From: Candidatus Bruticola sp. | GTDB taxonomy: Bacteria > Vulcanimicrobiota > Xenobia > Xenobiales > Xenobiaceae | DNA length: 64,000 bases | NCBI GenBank assembly: GCA_051874735.1 | Contig: JBJEGD010000004.1 | Location: 1 to 64,000 of the forward strand | Direction of reading: 5' to 3' | Shown: positions 61,209-64,000 of the stretch, piece after piece | How the letters are laid out: the number at the start of each line of letters is the position of its first letter | Numbering within the stretch: the first letter of the stretch is position 1 | Made by a program: the position numbers and the translations under genes | Notes under the pieces: model-generated | The model's database searches: none | What the model was told of the DNA's origin: nothing | What the model saw: the letters and a program-made list of their open reading frames with translations, nothing else

Positions 61209-61949
61209 ATGAGCACATCAGATTCAGATAATACTATATATGACAGCCTATCTTTTAGAGCTGAAATGGAAAAAATGCACAATCCCTTGCAAGCAGAACA
61301 GCTGCAGCGATTTTTTAAAACTGGTGTCGGACAGTATGGTTGGGGAGATATATTTTGGGGAATTAGAGTGCCAGAGATCAGAGCTTTGGTTAAGAAAAGT
61401 TGCCTTTCTCCGGTCGACAGCACTTATTTAGTAAAAGATAAAATCCATGAGGTGAGGTTAGCTGGTCTCCTCTTATGGCAAAAAAGTTTTGTTAAAGCTG
61501 GTAAAACTTCTTCATTAAGTTTGGAAATTCAGCAAGAGATCATCGATTTATATTTGAAGCACACTAAATACATAAATAATTGGGATTTAGTTGATCTTTC
61601 CGCCTCTATTTTAGGTACTTGGCTTTTAGATAAAGATCGTCACTTGTTGTATCAGTTGTCTGCTTCTGAAAATATGTGGGAACAGCGTATAGCAGTGGTT
61701 GCTTCCCATGTTTTTATAAAAAACGGACAATTTGAAGATACTCTAAGTTTGTGTCGTTTGTATTTTCACAGCCGCTTCGATTTAATACATAAAGCTTGCG
61801 GTTGGATGTTAAGAGAAATTGGCAAACGCGATCAGGCTGTTTTAGAAGCCTTTCTCCAAGAGCACAGACTAGATTTACCTAGAACAGCTTTGCGTTATGC
61901 TGTTGAGCGCTTAGACAGGGATAAGCGCGCTTATTTTATGAGAAAATAA
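61209..61949 (+). CDS. alkD: DNA alkylation repair protein (AlkD-like glycosylase)
   Basis: FFKTG.GQYG.GD.F.GIRVP, NNWDLVD, WEQRIA, IHKACGWMLREIGK, PRTALRYA.E. Confidence 0.92.
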   Translation: MSTSDSDNTIYDSLSFRAEMEKMHNPLQAEQLQRFFKTGVGQYGWGDIFWGIRVPEIRALVKKSCLSPVDSTYLVKDKIHEVRLAGLLLWQKSFVKAGKTSSLSLEIQQEIIDLYLKHTKYINNWDLVDLSASILGTWLLDKDRHLLYQLSASENMWEQRIAVVASHVFIKNGQFEDTLSLCRLYFHSRFDLIHKACGWMLREIGKRDQAVLEAFLQEHRLDLPRTALRYAVERLDRDKRAYFMRK

Positions 61950-62157
61950 TTAACATAAATATTTTTTTTGATCTTATCTAAATTTACTGTTGCAGCAAAA
62001 TGGCCATAATAACGAGCTATAGCACTTTTAATGCGCACATCTTGTATATTTAGATTGTTAAAGACAAAAAGTAGTTTTATTCTTATAATAAATTAGAAGT
62101 TGTTATTATAGAGCTGAGTTTGTTACGGCTTAATTTGTAAGATAGGGAAGTCAATAT

Positions 62158-63798
62158 ATGACAAACACAGATAGTTGTAGAAAAGGGGCTTTAGTTCTGC
62201 CACATAATGATTGGGAACAATACGAAAAATATTATTCTGAATCAGAGCTTTTCATGCTGCTTAAGCGTTTAGCTGAGGCTTCAGGTGCCAAAATAAGTAT
62301 TTTAGTTTTGTGGAATGGTACTGATGAGTCTGCTAAATTTCATTCCTACAGTTACGGGTTGGAAAATTATCCTAGTGAGCGTTTCAGCACTTTGCTTACT
62401 CAAGCTGCTCAGAAGGTTCAGCGTTCTCCTTGGGATAGTTTCAGAGGAGAACACTTGCAGCGGAATCGGCGCTTGCAGCACAGTTTAGAAGTAGAAGCCT
62501 CCCGTTTAGGTATGGGCCGCTCTTATGCTCTGATCATGCCCGTCATGTTGGGAGGTGAGGCTGTTGGACTTTTTGGGCTTATCCACTCTCAAGATTTGCC
62601 CGCCTTTATGCATCGTTACCCCCAAATGTACAATTTAGTTCTCGATCGCTTAGAAGTGAGTGTGCGCCACGCTAATTTACTTTACAGTTTAATGCGTGAG
62701 CGCAGCTGGTTCGATACCATGTTAAATAATTCAAAAGATGGAGTGGCTATAGTAGACCGGGAGAGTAAAATCATCGGTATAAATCCCGCCTTAGAAGAAC
62801 TGAGCGATTGGGAAGTTGGGGAAGCTGTAGGGCAGCCTGTCTGCAAAATTCTACCTATAAGCTCACTTGGTGCCAGTAACGGCAGTTTTACTTCCAATAA
62901 AGGAGGCTCTAGTTTAGCCCTTTACAATCAGCCTAGTCCTATTCATTTAGCTATTAGTGCTGAGCCTGTTGAAGCTGTGCTTACCGACCGCAGTGGACAA
63001 AAAATTGACGTAGAAGTTATAGGTTTAACGGTGCGTGATGCTGCCGGCATTCCCAATGGTTGGGTTATGACTCTGCGAGACATTCGCAAGCGCAAAGAGA
63101 CAGAGCGCTTGGGAAAGGTTTTTCTTTCTGCCATGTCTCATGAACTGCAGACGCCTATTGCCGTTATAAAAGGATTCGCTGGTCTGATGAGTGATCCCGA
63201 AATAACTATGGACCAGGATACTATTCGTGAAAAGTCTAAAGTTATTTTGGAAGAAAGCGAACGCCTGCAGAAAATGGTTCGGCAAATGCTGGAAGCGGCT
63301 TCTATTCAGGCCGGGGGCATAAGTTTAAATTGTGATATGGTCGATTTAGAGGGAATCGTTGATCGCACATTACGTCGCCTCAGTGCTATAGCTGATGCCA
63401 AGAATATCAAATTGAGCAAAAAAATTATCGGCTCTATTCCTGCTGTTTGGGGAGATATTTCCCGCTTAGAACAAGTTATGACTAATTTGGTAGAAAATGC
63501 CGTAAAATACAGTACTCAGGGGGAAGTTATTGTAGAGTTGAAAGAGCAGCCCTTGGGGGTAAAGGTTTCGGTTATTGATGAGGGTCCAGGTGTTAGTGAT
63601 GAAGAGGCCAGGAATATTTTTGGTCTGTTTGAGCGCGGGCAGGAAATGAAGAAAAAAGTACGCGGTAGCGGATTAGGATTATTTATATCTAAGGCTATAA
63701 TCGATGCTCACGGTGGTAATATTGGGGTAACCCATGGAGTTGGCGGCGGATCTTGCTTTTATTTCAGTATACCTTGCAGGGAGGGTAAAAAATTATGA
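62158..63798 (+). CDS. Cytoplasmic GAF/PAS sensor histidine kinase
   Basis: H-box SHELQTP, N-box NLVENAVKYS, DEGPG, GSGLGL; PAS segment DGVAIVD...INPALEELS; no TM. Confidence 0.93.
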   Translation: MTNTDSCRKGALVLPHNDWEQYEKYYSESELFMLLKRLAEASGAKISILVLWNGTDESAKFHSYSYGLENYPSERFSTLLTQAAQKVQRSPWDSFRGEHLQRNRRLQHSLEVEASRLGMGRSYALIMPVMLGGEAVGLFGLIHSQDLPAFMHRYPQMYNLVLDRLEVSVRHANLLYSLMRERSWFDTMLNNSKDGVAIVDRESKIIGINPALEELSDWEVGEAVGQPVCKILPISSLGASNGSFTSNKGGSSLALYNQPSPIHLAISAEPVEAVLTDRSGQKIDVEVIGLTVRDAAGIPNGWVMTLRDIRKRKETERLGKVFLSAMSHELQTPIAVIKGFAGLMSDPEITMDQDTIREKSKVILEESERLQKMVRQMLEAASIQAGGISLNCDMVDLEGIVDRTLRRLSAIADAKNIKLSKKIIGSIPAVWGDISRLEQVMTNLVENAVKYSTQGEVIVELKEQPLGVKVSVIDEGPGVSDEEARNIFGLFERGQEMKKKVRGSGLGLFISKAIIDAHGGNIGVTHGVGGGSCFYFSIPCREGKKL

Positions 63799-64000
63799 TA
63801 ACTTCAGTGCCATCATATAAAGGGAGGCGTATAGTTGCCGTTGAGGATGATCCTCATGTTTTAGATTTAATTAGGACTACTTTGGAAAGTGCTGGTTTTG
63901 TAGTTTCCGGGGCTACTACTGGAATGGAGGGGACCAGGCGCATTCGAGACGAACTTCCCGATTTAGTGCTTCTTGATGTCAACCTTCCCGACATGTCAGG
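63795..64000 (+). CDS. Response regulator receiver domain (partial; runs off the window)
   Basis: Manual translation MITSVPSYKGRRIVAVEDDPHVLDLI...PDLVLLDVNLPDMS; ATGA overlap with the kinase stop. Confidence 0.9.
   Translation, partial: MITSVPSYKGRRIVAVEDDPHVLDLIRTTLESAGFVVSGATTGMEGTRRIRDELPDLVLLDVNLPDMS

Overview
AT-rich chromosomal window from a diderm, probably anaerobic bacterium. It has a Terrabacteria/Firmicutes-like wecA-wecB-atp-murA-mreB order plus outer-membrane machinery (MlaEFD, TamB, RND-TolC); a lineage such as Eremiobacterota/Vulcanimicrobiota is a guess, not proven. Contents in order: partial BsuPI-domain gene, exported hypothetical, grpE-dnaJ, mlaEFD, Ser/Thr kinase, wecA-wecB, complete F1Fo operon (atpZ-I-B-E-F'-F-H-A-G-D-C), murA, degenerate mreB, tamB, large BspA-type LRR protein, PD-(D/E)xK (DUF1887/Card1-like) protein, two cyclophilins plus a histidine phosphatase, three tandem coiled-coil/GH73/CHAP peptidoglycan hydrolases, an Ig-like lipoprotein, a GGGtGRT/NifU-like pair, a TetR-regulated RND-TolC operon, alkD and a two-component system. 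I saw no rRNA, tRNA, CRISPR array or transposase. The best candidate for an undescribed system is the hydrolase triplet (38.2-47.3 kb). None has a Sec signal peptide, all share an exactly spaced N-terminal motif D-x-[IV]-x-[FLV]-S-x-S-E-x9-V-A-S-L-[DE]-[DE], and all share an upstream DNA motif TATWGATAA-N14-WTGATAAW. This suggests co-regulated cell-wall-lytic effectors exported by a non-Sec route. All calls were made by eye, with no database searches.
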